This document shows positions 17,525-27,733 of a stretch of 64,000 nt of DNA, piece after piece. The DNA lies in assembly GCA_027343665.1 (NCBI GenBank), contig DAHWKL010000002.1, positions 193,544-257,543 of the forward strand. The letters are read 5' to 3'. The notes below the pieces were generated by a model that was given only the letters and a program-made list of their open reading frames with translations, had not been told where the DNA came from and did not search any database. The DNA is from an archaeon. GTDB taxonomy: Archaea; Nanobdellota; Nanobdellia; Pacearchaeales; GW2011-AR1. The translations under genes were made by a program, and so were the position numbers. Numbering within the stretch: position 1 is the first letter of the stretch; each line of letters begins with the position of its first letter.

Positions 17525-18607
17525 TTAATAGTTCAGATTATATTTTTTTCTTAAGCCATTCATCTGCGATTCCTGCAAGGGGTTTAAAGAACCTGAACTT
17601 TCAATCTGATTTGAAAGGCTATCAAGCAATTTTGCATCACCATAATCCGGAAGATTTCCAGAAAGGGATATTCCGTTTGAGACCATTATTATTTCGGGGG
17701 TACTTGATATCCTTTGCACAACCCCGTTATCGCCAAGATAAAGCCCCTCACTGAAAGAAATTGGGCTAGGCATAGTCGTCTCAACAAAACAATAACCTGT
17801 TCCCAGATAGCTATACTCAACAGGACATTTTATCCCAACAGCCTCATGATCTTCAGCAGGAAAATAGAAAAGAACAACTCCAAATCCCATCTGTTTTAAC
17901 ATATATGCAAGAAGTTCCGATTTCCCTTCGCAAGATCCCTGATCTTCACCCAAGACTTGGTAAGGATATCTCCCTATTCTGACCTTAGTCCCAAAAAAGT
18001 CCGTGAATCCTGATTCATTATAGGGAATATTTTGAACCATGCTTACCGCTGCTTCAGCCTGTAAATCTTTTGAGTTAGGATAAACATTTTCTATTTTGAC
18101 AACAAGCGGGCTAAGAAAACTTGCCTGTACGGGATTATTTACTTTAGCAAGTTTTATATCACTAAGCCTTGGAGTTTGATTTATTGCATAAATAGTATAC
18201 TGCGGAAGGCTCAAAAGGTAATTAAGAACTTGTTTGAAAAAACTAAAGTTGATGGAATTATTAACTCCATAAAGAGTATAATTAAAGGTTATAATTTTCG
18301 AAGAGTTTCCGTATTTTGACACACATGAAACCCCGTTAAACTGGAAATTATCCGGACACCCGCAAAAAGAGTCATTCTCTATAAGAGTCTGGTTTTCACA
18401 TAAATAAGGCTTTGTTAAAGAACATTGACCAGAGAAAGTACCATCTCCACAAAATTGATAATGATATTTTTGCGGGGATGGGGAATAAGAAAGCAGGGAA
18501 AGGATTATAACAGCTATAATCACAACAATTCCAAGGATTATATAAAAAAGTTTTGAAGAGAGAATTTTTTTAAAAAAATTTGGCTTGTCCAAAACAACTT
18601 CTTCCAT
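17525..18607 (-). CDS. membrane-anchored transglutaminase-like/cysteine protease domain protein with Cys-rich N-terminus
   Basis: TM, CGDGT..CS..C Cys module, GSCEGKS, DHEAVG, FVETT. Confidence 0.75.
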   Translation of the reverse strand: MEEVVLDKPNFFKKILSSKLFYIILGIVVIIAVIILSLLSYSPSPQKYHYQFCGDGTFSGQCSLTKPYLCENQTLIENDSFCGCPDNFQFNGVSCVSKYGNSSKIITFNYTLYGVNNSINFSFFKQVLNYLLSLPQYTIYAINQTPRLSDIKLAKVNNPVQASFLSPLVVKIENVYPNSKDLQAEAAVSMVQNIPYNESGFTDFFGTKVRIGRYPYQVLGEDQGSCEGKSELLAYMLKQMGFGVVLFYFPAEDHEAVGIKCPVEYSYLGTGYCFVETTMPSPISFSEGLYLGDNGVVQRISSTPEIIMVSNGISLSGNLPDYGDAKLLDSLSNQIESSGSLNPLQESQMNGLRKKYNLNY

Positions 18608-18663
18608 AATTAAATGAAGGGAAGTTCGTATAAAAAAGTATTGATAAATAAAAGTGCAAAAGA

Positions 18664-19140
18664 TTATTCCTTATTCCAGCCACCATTGACTTTCTCAAGG
18701 AGATATAAAAGTCCAGGCTTGAATTTTCCAACCCACTCGCTGTAAGATTCATCAATGAATTTCTTCTCTCTTTCCTTATCAGCTTCAAGTCCTATTATTG
18801 AATGCACACTTGAGAATTTCATTGCCAAGGTTATAAGCTTCCAAATTGCGTTTCTATCTTCAGTTGAATTAAAAAGTTTCGCTTCCGTCTGACCGGCAAA
18901 AAAAGATGGATTTGGCATAAGGAGGTTATTCAGGTACCCATGCCAGTCCCTGTAATGGTCGACTATTCTAGCACACAATTGCCTTGAGAATTTTTCTGAT
19001 ACGAAACCCGATGAGAGCACAAAATCTTTTATCGAAAATTCTGCTTCCAATTCATCGAAAGTAGGTTTGAATCCCAATTCTTTTCTGGACCTGGAAAATT
19101 CCTGATCAAGCTCCTTCAAAATTTCTTTTTTGTCTATCAT
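18664..19140 (-). CDS. hypothetical protein
   Basis: 158-aa ORF with TATA-like element upstream. Confidence 0.7.
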   Translation of the reverse strand: MIDKKEILKELDQEFSRSRKELGFKPTFDELEAEFSIKDFVLSSGFVSEKFSRQLCARIVDHYRDWHGYLNNLLMPNPSFFAGQTEAKLFNSTEDRNAIWKLITLAMKFSSVHSIIGLEADKEREKKFIDESYSEWVGKFKPGLLYLLEKVNGGWNKE

Positions 19141-19219
19141 GAAATTTCTTGGAAACCAAGGTTTTTAAAATTAAGGGATGACAAATGATAAGATCTTCCA
19201 AATCTTAGGTATTTCTAAC

Positions 19220-21682
19220 TCATTCAAACCAAATCCCGGGCATTCCGGGTTTTGCTTTCTTAGCGCGATCTTCGGGATCAAGTTTCATTGAATCCTTAAC
19301 TGAATAAATAAAAACTTCTTTTCCAAGACCCTTTTCAAGTTTCTTTTTATCAAGTTCCCCTATTTCAAAAGGCAGAACATAAAGGTGAACTTTTGAAATT
19401 TTTTCCCCCCGATCTTCGAGTCTTTTCATTAAAGGAAGAACATTCTCTATAACTTTTTCGTTCATATTGATCCCAGTCCCCTTACTGAGTTCTATTTCTT
19501 TAAATTCCGGCCATGAAGAAGTTGAAACCAGTCCCTTACCCCCAAGTTTTTCCCAAAGCTCTTCAGCAGTATGTGGACAAAATGGGGCTAAAAGCTTCAG
19601 AAAATCCTCAAGAACTTTTTTTCCGAGCTCATTTCCTTTTGACATTTCTTCGAAAAGCTCACGAAGCTCTATTGTAGCTTTCCTGTAATCGAAATTTTCG
19701 ATATATTCTCCTATATCCTTTATCGATTTATTAAGCTTTATCTCAATTTCCAATGGAGTTTTTCCGGTTTTAGTGTTCATGAAAAAGTCATAAACTTTTC
19801 TTATAAATCTAAAACTTCCTTGGATGCCTTTTTCACTCCAGTCAAAATCTTTATCCGGAGAAGCGACTGATACCAGAAACAGCCTGAGTGAATCAGCGCC
19901 ATATTTTTCTATAGTGTCAAGAGGATTAACAACATTTCCCTTGGATTTACTCATCTTATCGCCATCTTCACCATGAAGCATCCCTTGATGGAAAAGTCTA
20001 AGGGCAGGTTCATCAAAATTTACAAGTTCAATGTCCCGCAAAAACTTCACATAATATCTCGAGTATATAAGATGCATGCACGCATGTTCTGCTCCACCGA
20101 TGTAGACATCGGTTGGACACCAATACAAAACTTTTTTCTTATCAAATATTTCCTTATCATTATTTGGATCAGCATAGCGCAGGAAATACCATGAAGAATT
20201 CACAAAAGTATCCATCGTGTCTGTTTCTCTTTTGGCTTTTCCCATGCACCTAGGACATTTCACATTTATCCATTTCTCATTTGTCAAAAGAGGATTTCCT
20301 TCGCCAAATTTCACATCTTTGGGAAGTTTGATAGGAAGATCTTCATAATTAACTGGGACCACACCACATTTTTCACAGTGAATGATTGGAATTGGAGTTC
20401 CCCAATATCTTTGCCTTGAAATCCCCCAATCTTTCAGTCTGAATTGAACAGACTTTTTACCAAGACCTTTTTCTTTGAGAAAATTTGTAACTTCTTCTTT
20501 TGCTTTTTCATTTTCCATACCATTAAATTTTTCGGAATTTATCAGTGTTCCCTCACCTGTATAAGCTTCGGTAAGACTTCTATCATCAAGTTCAAAATCA
20601 ACCGGGTCTATCACAATTTTCATAGGAATATCATATTTTTTTGCAAATTCGTAATCCCTTTTATCATGTGCAGGCACAGCCATAACCATCCCACTCCCGT
20701 AATCAGCTACGACAAAATTACCAATATAGATAGGAACCTTCTCGTGATTAATTGGATTCAGTGCATAAGATCCTGTAAAAGCACCTTCTTTTTCCAATTC
20801 TATAAGGTCTTTCTCCGAAACGGACTTAAGCTTTTTCAAAAAATTATCCACTTCTGTTTTATGCTCCGCAGTCACTAATCTTTTCAGCTCTTTATGGTAA
20901 GGAGAAATAACCACAAAAGTCACCCCATAGATTGTATCTGGTCTTGTTGTGAAGACAGGCCACTTTTTCCCATCCACTTCAAAATCAATTTCCGTTCCGT
21001 AACTTTTTCCTATCCAGTGTTTTTGCATCTGTTTTGTTGTCTCGGGCCAATTCATATTGTCAAGGTTGTCAAGAAGTTCATCAGCATAATTTGTAAGTTT
21101 GAAAAACCATTGTTTGAGATATTTTGATTCAACCGATGTCTTTTCATGTCTCCAGCATTTGCCGTCCACAACTTGTTCATTGGCTAAAACTGTTTTACAT
21201 TCTGGACACCAGTTCACGAGAGACTCTTTCTGGTAAGCAAGTCCTGCTTCAAGCATCTTCAAGAACAACCATTGATCCCATTTATAATATGAAGGGTCTG
21301 AGGTGTCAACAACCCTTGCCCAGTCGTAAGTGAGACCCAATCTCTTCTGTTGCATAACAAAATTTTTGATTGAATTTCTTGTGTAATCCTGCGGATGCGT
21401 CCCTTCCTTTATTGCAGCATTCTCGGCAGGAAGTCCTAAAGCATCAAAGCCGATAGGATGCAAAACATTGTAACCCTGCATGATTTTATATCTAGCAATT
21501 ATATCCCCGATTGTATAATTCAATGCATGACCCATGTGAAGCCCATATCCAGAGGGATAAGGAAACATCTCGAGGGAATAGAATTTCTTTTTTTTTGAAT
21601 CTTCAGAAACATAGAAAGTTTTTTCATCAGCCCATCTTTTCTGCCATTTTTTCTCGATCTTACCAAAATTGAAATCTGCCAT
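19220..21682 (-). CDS. leuS: leucine--tRNA ligase (bacterial-type body, archaeal-like C-terminus)
   Basis: LEMFPYPSG..LHMGH, TTRPDT, DWGISRQRYWGTPIP, YIGGAEHA, KMSKS; ends AKKAKPGMPGIWFE. Confidence 0.96.
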   Translation of the reverse strand: MADFNFGKIEKKWQKRWADEKTFYVSEDSKKKKFYSLEMFPYPSGYGLHMGHALNYTIGDIIARYKIMQGYNVLHPIGFDALGLPAENAAIKEGTHPQDYTRNSIKNFVMQQKRLGLTYDWARVVDTSDPSYYKWDQWLFLKMLEAGLAYQKESLVNWCPECKTVLANEQVVDGKCWRHEKTSVESKYLKQWFFKLTNYADELLDNLDNMNWPETTKQMQKHWIGKSYGTEIDFEVDGKKWPVFTTRPDTIYGVTFVVISPYHKELKRLVTAEHKTEVDNFLKKLKSVSEKDLIELEKEGAFTGSYALNPINHEKVPIYIGNFVVADYGSGMVMAVPAHDKRDYEFAKKYDIPMKIVIDPVDFELDDRSLTEAYTGEGTLINSEKFNGMENEKAKEEVTNFLKEKGLGKKSVQFRLKDWGISRQRYWGTPIPIIHCEKCGVVPVNYEDLPIKLPKDVKFGEGNPLLTNEKWINVKCPRCMGKAKRETDTMDTFVNSSWYFLRYADPNNDKEIFDKKKVLYWCPTDVYIGGAEHACMHLIYSRYYVKFLRDIELVNFDEPALRLFHQGMLHGEDGDKMSKSKGNVVNPLDTIEKYGADSLRLFLVSVASPDKDFDWSEKGIQGSFRFIRKVYDFFMNTKTGKTPLEIEIKLNKSIKDIGEYIENFDYRKATIELRELFEEMSKGNELGKKVLEDFLKLLAPFCPHTAEELWEKLGGKGLVSTSSWPEFKEIELSKGTGINMNEKVIENVLPLMKRLEDRGEKISKVHLYVLPFEIGELDKKKLEKGLGKEVFIYSVKDSMKLDPEDRAKKAKPGMPGIWFE

Positions 21683-21735
21683 TATTTAGCTAAATAAAAA
21701 GGGTTTAATAGATTTTTGATGGAAAAACATTGGTT

Positions 21736-22776
21736 TCATTTTCCTTTCTTAATGAATTCCTTGACAATCTTCTCAGCAGGTTTTCCGAATATGCTGTATC
21801 CCTTGGGCAATGGGTCTGAGATATCCTCCCCGAAATCTGGCCTGTCTGAAGACCATACAAAAACTCCCCTTATCGTCTGAGATTTACCGTTTATTTCCGA
21901 AATTGCCTCAAGAAAATCTTTATAGACCTTGGCCTGAAGATGACTGTCTTGTATGCTCCAAGGTATATTCTTAAAAGGTAGTATGCCTCCGAACGTTTCA
22001 CTTGGCACACCGAACTCAGTTATGAAAATGGGTTTCGGATGCAAGGTTTCATAGATTTTCTTCACAAAATAAAAAGGTATTTTATTTCCAAAAGGTATTG
22101 AAGGCATAGCAGGTGCATAAAAATCTATTCCCACAATATCAATGGAAGTTTCTTTGAGCTTTTTTATGCGATCTAGATCACTCAAACTCATAAAATCAGC
22201 AGCATAAATTGTCTTCCCTTTAAACCCTGAATCCTTAAGTGAAGATGATACCATATCGAAAAAAGAGGGATTTCGATCAAGTATTTTCTCAAGCTCAGAT
22301 CCGACAATGAAATAATCAACGCTGTCATCTATCGCGACGCGGGAAAGATTATTTATGATTTTCATGTAAGACTCCGCCCATTTATTAAAATTAGAAGGAT
22401 AGAAAGCCATCCTAGACCCGTTATCTCTTGAATCTATCAAGGGCTTCAATGCTGTTTTCATTCCGAGAGATCGGCTTTCTTTTATGACTTCTTCAAGGTT
22501 TCTTATACTAAAACTTGAACTATCCTCTATAATAGAGGAATTCGCAGAGTTCTGATAATATACCGGATTGAGAGCAATTGTTTTATATCCTGATTTCGCA
22601 AGAAACTCGAGAGCACTTAGATCAGAGGAATCTACCGAGCCCCCGTTAAATTTCGTCAGATTTATGCCGATAGGAGGAAGATTACCTGAGAAAGAAGGCT
22701 TCAAAGATTGCTCCGAAGACACCAATGATAATGCGGCAAGAAGTATCATCACGGTATCCGTAAAACGCTCTTTCAT
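21736..22776 (-). CDS. secreted TIM-barrel glycoside hydrolase (GH113-like, clan GH-A)
   Basis: Signal peptide; LKPLID, VGSE (acid/base), GIDFY, KPIFITEFG (nucleophile). Confidence 0.72.
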   Translation of the reverse strand: MKERFTDTVMILLAALSLVSSEQSLKPSFSGNLPPIGINLTKFNGGSVDSSDLSALEFLAKSGYKTIALNPVYYQNSANSSIIEDSSSFSIRNLEEVIKESRSLGMKTALKPLIDSRDNGSRMAFYPSNFNKWAESYMKIINNLSRVAIDDSVDYFIVGSELEKILDRNPSFFDMVSSSLKDSGFKGKTIYAADFMSLSDLDRIKKLKETSIDIVGIDFYAPAMPSIPFGNKIPFYFVKKIYETLHPKPIFITEFGVPSETFGGILPFKNIPWSIQDSHLQAKVYKDFLEAISEINGKSQTIRGVFVWSSDRPDFGEDISDPLPKGYSIFGKPAEKIVKEFIKKGK

Positions 22777-22862
22777 CTGTTTTATAAATTTTACATTGTT
22801 TAATTATTTTTTTAAAATAAAACACCACAAATAAACTTAAAGAAAATACGCATGAATTAGAA

Positions 22863-24344
22863 TTAAAGCATTCTTCTAGTGATTTTTCTCGCAAGATATG
22901 TCAAAATGGCAAACACTACAAAGAATATCCCAAATGTTGTTAATTCAGAGGTTATTGAAGAAAATCCCAAACCAAAAAGTATGACTTTTTTGAAAGCTGA
23001 ATCTAAAGCTATTAAAGGATTGAATATGGAAAGGCTCATGAATGTGGAAGAGATATTCTCTATAGGGAATAATGTGTTCGAGAAGAAAAGAAAAACTCCT
23101 GCCGCAATCATAGAAGCAAAAATAACTGATTCCTCAGACCTGAAGACGTATCCTATGAACATGCCGACAAAAATGAAAGCTGTAAGGGATGCAAAAAGCA
23201 CGGCGGCAAGTTCAAGCGGAACAGCAAAGAGATTTACATGAAGTATAAGGTACACTCCTGCAAAAACTAGTATGAATTGTATAAGAAGTATTATTAAGCA
23301 GGTCACATAAGTCGAAATTATGAACACCGGATCTTTCGAGGGGGTCATAAAATTCCTAAAGTAAGCTTTTGTCTTTTTCTCTTTCAAAACAAATGCCGAT
23401 GAAAGAAGTATTGCACCAAAAAGTGCAATCAAAGCAAGAAGAACAGGGGTCATATAATCAATTGTACTTGAGTTCTGGTTAAGGGGTCTGACACTTATTC
23501 CTATTGGTGAAACAATGTTTTGTGCGCTTGAAATGTTTTTTGATTGGACTTTAGTCAAGATGGCATTGATGTTCCTTAAGGCAGAGGCTAAATCTCCTGA
23601 GACCCCTCCCTGGAATGAAGCAACATTTCCAAGAACAATAGAAACATTCTCATTATTGCTCTTCATTGAAGACAAGAGTGCAATTGTATTATTTATGTAA
23701 GATTTCTCATTGGAACTGTTTGCAAGAGAATAAGCAGTATTAAGATAGCTTATTGCGGTATCAAAATCGCTTACAGGGATGTTTAAACCAATAAGGGAAC
23801 TCTGACTTTGGCTTAGATCTGAAGAGGCAGAATTCAGACTTATCCTAGCTGAAGGAAGAACTGATTTAGTGAGATCTATAAGACTGATCAAATCCTGAAC
23901 CGAAGCTTCACCTTCTTTTACGGATTGGTTATATACACTATTCTCCGCATTGTTTATGAGCGTTCCTGCAAGATTAAGTCTTGAATAATCCGCATAAAAA
24001 ACGACGGAATCCCTGGTGAAATTCCCTGAAGAAGAGTTTGAAAAGATTGCACATATCTGTGATTCATCCAATTCGACAGAGTTTATGCAATCCGAAGACG
24101 AGGAATAATTCTTTATAATAAATCCGTTTTGCGAAAAGCCTGAGGCTATATTTTGAGAAAGGGTTGAAGAAGAATTGAAATGAACCCCAACGTAAACGCT
24201 AGAAAGCTGTGAAGAACTGAAAGCATATCCCGCAGCCAATATTATAATAAGAGGTATCAGGATAATTATGACTGATGAGATTTTAGATCTGAAAAACATA
24301 AGAAGATCTTTCTTCACAAGAGCAGAAAAATTTCCGAAGATCAT
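22863..24344 (-). CDS. ABC-2 type exporter permease with large Ser/Asn-rich extracellular loop
   Basis: N-terminal TM, long loop, about 6 C-terminal TMs, EKKTKAYFRNFMTP. Confidence 0.85.
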   Translation of the reverse strand: MIFGNFSALVKKDLLMFFRSKISSVIIILIPLIIILAAGYAFSSSQLSSVYVGVHFNSSSTLSQNIASGFSQNGFIIKNYSSSSDCINSVELDESQICAIFSNSSSGNFTRDSVVFYADYSRLNLAGTLINNAENSVYNQSVKEGEASVQDLISLIDLTKSVLPSARISLNSASSDLSQSQSSLIGLNIPVSDFDTAISYLNTAYSLANSSNEKSYINNTIALLSSMKSNNENVSIVLGNVASFQGGVSGDLASALRNINAILTKVQSKNISSAQNIVSPIGISVRPLNQNSSTIDYMTPVLLALIALFGAILLSSAFVLKEKKTKAYFRNFMTPSKDPVFIISTYVTCLIILLIQFILVFAGVYLILHVNLFAVPLELAAVLFASLTAFIFVGMFIGYVFRSEESVIFASMIAAGVFLFFSNTLFPIENISSTFMSLSIFNPLIALDSAFKKVILFGLGFSSITSELTTFGIFFVVFAILTYLARKITRRML

Positions 24345-25246
24345 TTTTTCCTATCGGAAGAGTAGAACTCCTCAAGTTCCTCCTTAGTAATCATATCCTT
24401 TATGTTATCATCATCGCTCCAAAAAGTCTTGTTCGAGAATTCCTCCTCTTTCTTTTCCTGTTTTTCATTTTTTATTTCAGTTTTTTTCTCGACTGACTCT
24501 TGATATGTCTTTCTCCCTTTTTTGGAGAATATTTTCCTAAAAGCTCCGTCCAAATCCCCTACATGGTATTTGTCTTTTATATCGGAGGGGGAACCATGTT
24601 CAATGATTTTCTCATTGTATAGTATAGCGACCTTATCACATATTTCTTCTGCTTCCTCAAGAAGTTGTGTTGTGAAAATTATGGTTGTTCCGTGTGAATT
24701 AATTTTCTTTATTAGTTTTATTATCTGATACCTCAAAAGCGGATCAAGATCTGCAGTGGGCTCATCTAAGATAAGAACGCTTGGTTTATGAATAAGGGAA
24801 CACGCAATATCAAGTCTTTTTTTCATGCCAAGGGATAAGTTTTTCGAAAGGATATCCTTCGCATCTATTAGATCAACGAAATGCATGAGGCCTTTTACGC
24901 GGGGTATGAGAACACCTTCCTTGACACTATAAAGATGCCCAAAATAGAAAAGATTCTCCTCCACTGTCAGGTTTTCATAAAAAGAGCCATCTTCTATTGC
25001 GAGCCCGAAAGATTTTTTTATGTTTTGTATATCCTTGAAAATGCTCCTGTTGAAATAAAGAACTTTCCCAGCAGTCGGTTTATAAAAAGAAGCTATAATC
25101 TTCAGAATCGTCGATTTACCCTCTCCAGAAGCTCCTATTATTCCCGTGATTTTTCCCTCAGGGATTTCAAGGTTAACCGAGTCAAGAACGGTATTTTTGC
25201 CGAATCTTTTTGTCACCCCATTAAGTTGTATGAGCTTATCGTTCAT
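24341..25246 (-). CDS. ABC transporter ATP-binding protein
   Basis: GASGEGKST, LSLGMKKR, ILDEPT; H-loop reads TTQ. Confidence 0.93.
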   Translation of the reverse strand: MNDKLIQLNGVTKRFGKNTVLDSVNLEIPEGKITGIIGASGEGKSTILKIIASFYKPTAGKVLYFNRSIFKDIQNIKKSFGLAIEDGSFYENLTVEENLFYFGHLYSVKEGVLIPRVKGLMHFVDLIDAKDILSKNLSLGMKKRLDIACSLIHKPSVLILDEPTADLDPLLRYQIIKLIKKINSHGTTIIFTTQLLEEAEEICDKVAILYNEKIIEHGSPSDIKDKYHVGDLDGAFRKIFSKKGRKTYQESVEKKTEIKNEKQEKKEEEFSNKTFWSDDDNIKDMITKEELEEFYSSDRKK

Positions 25247-25335
25247 GAATTATTCAGGAAAAAAGCCTTTAATAGATTTTTGATAAAGCATCCGGTTCAG
25301 GAAGATTTTAAATATATTGTTCCCTAAATCTTTAA

Positions 25336-25863
25336 ATGGAAAAAAATGAAGAATTCACTGCACACCTCCTTGGAAATAGCCTATCAAGTAACTCAAAAAA
25401 AGCTTACACCTTCCTGAAAGATAATTTCTTAGGAGAGATGAGGAACGATAAAGTGTTTTATTCAGTTTATGAAGGACTTTTCATGCTGAGAAAAAAAGGG
25501 ATGAAGATAGTCTGTGGGAAAAAACAATTGAATGAAAACGAAGCTATTCAGAAGTTCTCAAGAATAGAGAAAAATTTCCTGTTAAAGTCTAAGATTTATG
25601 AAGATCTCAGATTGAAAGGAATGGTTCTTAAATCGGGAATGAAATACGGGGCTGATTTCTCAGTATATGAAAAAGGGAAAAAACCCGGAAGAGATCATTC
25701 GTCATGGCTGCTTTCTGCAGAAAAAAGTTCGGATCAGCTAAAGATAAAAGATTTCATACTGAAGAACAGAGTAGCCAATTCAACTAAAAAAAAGACAATC
25801 CTTGCCATAGAAAATGGGGAAGGGGACATGATTTATTATGAAGTGATTTGGAAAAGATTCTGA
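25336..25863 (+). CDS. endA: tRNA-splicing endonuclease (short, single-unit form)
   Basis: KSGMKYGADFSVY, HS, RVANSTKK catalytic Y/H/K. Confidence 0.88.
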   Translation: MEKNEEFTAHLLGNSLSSNSKKAYTFLKDNFLGEMRNDKVFYSVYEGLFMLRKKGMKIVCGKKQLNENEAIQKFSRIEKNFLLKSKIYEDLRLKGMVLKSGMKYGADFSVYEKGKKPGRDHSSWLLSAEKSSDQLKIKDFILKNRVANSTKKKTILAIENGEGDMIYYEVIWKRF

Positions 25864-25904
25864 ATCTTAAAAACATTTATAATTGAACATAAATTATTCT
25901 TTTT

Positions 25905-26825
25905 ATGCCCATAAATGATGCTGAAGCCGTTAAAAAAAGAATCTTAAATTTCCTTGAAAGGAATGGGGCTAGCCTTCCGGTCCATATAGCAAAAGAAGCC
26001 GGGATGGACATGATTTTTACATCAGCTTTCCTTTCTGAATTAATTTCCCATGATAAAATAAAAGTTTCCGATATGAAAATTGGGACAAGCCCTCTTTACT
26101 TCATTCCCGGAAATGAATCCGGACTTGAAAAATTCTCGGATTATCTTAAAGGAAAGGAAAGAGAAGCTTTTAATATACTAAAAAAAGAAAATTTTCTTGA
26201 AGATCAAAGGCAAGAGCCAGCAATAAGAATCGCTCTGAGAAGTCTTAAGGATTTTGCAAAACCATTCGAAAAAGATGGGAAACTCATTTGGAGATATTAT
26301 CTAATCAACGAGGATAAATATATTACCTCACAGGAAAAAGTTTTGGGAGCAAAACCCGATATTTCAATCAAGAAAGAAGAGGTAATTAAAGAGGAAATTG
26401 AAATACCCGAGGTGTATAGGCTGGAGATTGAGGGGCCAAAAGCAGAAATTCATGAAGAAGAAATCCGCCCAAAGAAAAAAGTCCAGAAGAAGAAATCAAT
26501 ACCAAAAAAAGCAAGCAAGGAAAAAAGTGATAAATTTTTCAATAAAGTTAAAGAGTTCATTATCAAAAATGGGTTTGAGATACTAGATATATTGAGTTTC
26601 AACAAGAAAGATCTTTTATTAAAAGTGAAAAAGGATGAAAACGAAAGCATAATTGTGGCTTATAATAAAAAGAAAATAAGTGAAAAAGATCTCCTTGATG
26701 CTTACAAAAAAGCCGCAACTTACGGGCTGAATTATTCAGTATTCTCTCTTGGTGAAACGCCTAAAAAAATGAAAGGTTTGATTGACGCCATGAAGAAGAT
26801 GGATTCATTCGAAAAGATTGAATAA
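25905..26825 (+). CDS. hypothetical protein (N-terminal wHTH-like)
   Basis: GASLPVHIAK...SAFLSEL helix-turn-helix pattern; Lys-rich linker. Confidence 0.7.
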   Translation: MPINDAEAVKKRILNFLERNGASLPVHIAKEAGMDMIFTSAFLSELISHDKIKVSDMKIGTSPLYFIPGNESGLEKFSDYLKGKEREAFNILKKENFLEDQRQEPAIRIALRSLKDFAKPFEKDGKLIWRYYLINEDKYITSQEKVLGAKPDISIKKEEVIKEEIEIPEVYRLEIEGPKAEIHEEEIRPKKKVQKKKSIPKKASKEKSDKFFNKVKEFIIKNGFEILDILSFNKKDLLLKVKKDENESIIVAYNKKKISEKDLLDAYKKAATYGLNYSVFSLGETPKKMKGLIDAMKKMDSFEKIE

Positions 26826-26870
26826 TCGGCCAACAACAAGGTTTAAAAAAGGAGTTTTGTAATTCTAATT

Positions 26871-27077
26871 ATGGGAAAGATAAAATCAAAGCAGGTCAAA
26901 AGGGCTTCACACGAGCTTATGGAAAACGGGATAGAATTTCACGAAGATTTTGAAAAAAACAAGATAATTCTGGGTAAAGAGATGCCCTCAAAGAAGATGA
27001 GGAACAAGATGGCCGGTTATTTATCTAGATTTGTAAAGCACAAGAATAAAGAAGCGGAAAAATTAGAAGTCAAATAA
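26871..27077 (+). CDS. rps17e: 30S ribosomal protein S17e
   Basis: MGKIK, DFEKNK, SKKMRNKMAGY. Confidence 0.92.
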   Translation: MGKIKSKQVKRASHELMENGIEFHEDFEKNKIILGKEMPSKKMRNKMAGYLSRFVKHKNKEAEKLEVK

Positions 27078-27149
27078 GGCTGCACTCTTTTTGAAAATCC
27101 TTTTAAACTAATTGCTTTTCATAAGTTTATTAAAACAGAAAGATGTTTT

Positions 27150-27221
27150 GGCTCTGTAGCTCAGTGTCAGAGCGCTGCTCTCATGAGGCAGAGGTCGGGA
27201 GTTAAATTCTCCTCAGAGCCA
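27150..27221 (+). tRNA. tRNA with CAT anticodon (elongator Met or Ile2)
   Basis: GGCTCTG/CAGAGCC acceptor; CTGCT-CTCATGA-GGCAG anticodon arm; atypical D and T loops. Confidence 0.85.
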
Positions 27222-27329
27222 TTTTTGATAACCATTTTTGCAAGAATAGATCACAAAACACTGATAAAAAATTAAAAACAAAAATTAAATCTCTCCAACC
27301 AAAAAGATTCTTTAAGTTATTTTAGAAGT

Positions 27330-27533
27330 TTACTTTTTCTTCTTTTTAGTTGTTTTCTTTTTAGTCATTCTTCTAGCTTTTTTAACGGGCTTCATTCGAG
27401 CTGTTTTCCTTTTTACAGTCCTTCTGGACCTTGAAGACCCAGAAATTTTTTTAGATTTCATGACTGATTTTTTCTTAACAGCCCTGCCTTTCCTTACCAC
27501 TATTTTTAAACCTCTTTTTAATTTTCTTACCAA
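27330..27533 (-). CDS. very basic Lys/Arg-rich small protein (histone H1/protamine-like)
   Basis: 67 aa, roughly half K/R, TTG start. Confidence 0.6.
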   Translation of the reverse strand: MVRKLKRGLKIVVRKGRAVKKKSVMKSKKISGSSRSRRTVKRKTARMKPVKKARRMTKKKTTKKKKK

Positions 27534-27733
27534 ACTACGTTTGGTTCAGCTTGAAAAATCCATTTTTCCAAACTGTTGCAAAAATAATGATGAATTTATT
27601 TAAATATCTTTTTATTTTTCAAAAAATTCCATGGAAAAATTCAAAGGAAATTTATTTTGTCGACGGAAAAATAATTTTTTATTAATTTGATAATTACACA
27701 AAATTTTTCAAAAAATTTGTGTAAAAAGTGTGA

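Noticed and set aside
25336-25863. Intron-containing or split tRNAs near endA
   Set aside because: All five tRNAs found are contiguous and intron-less.
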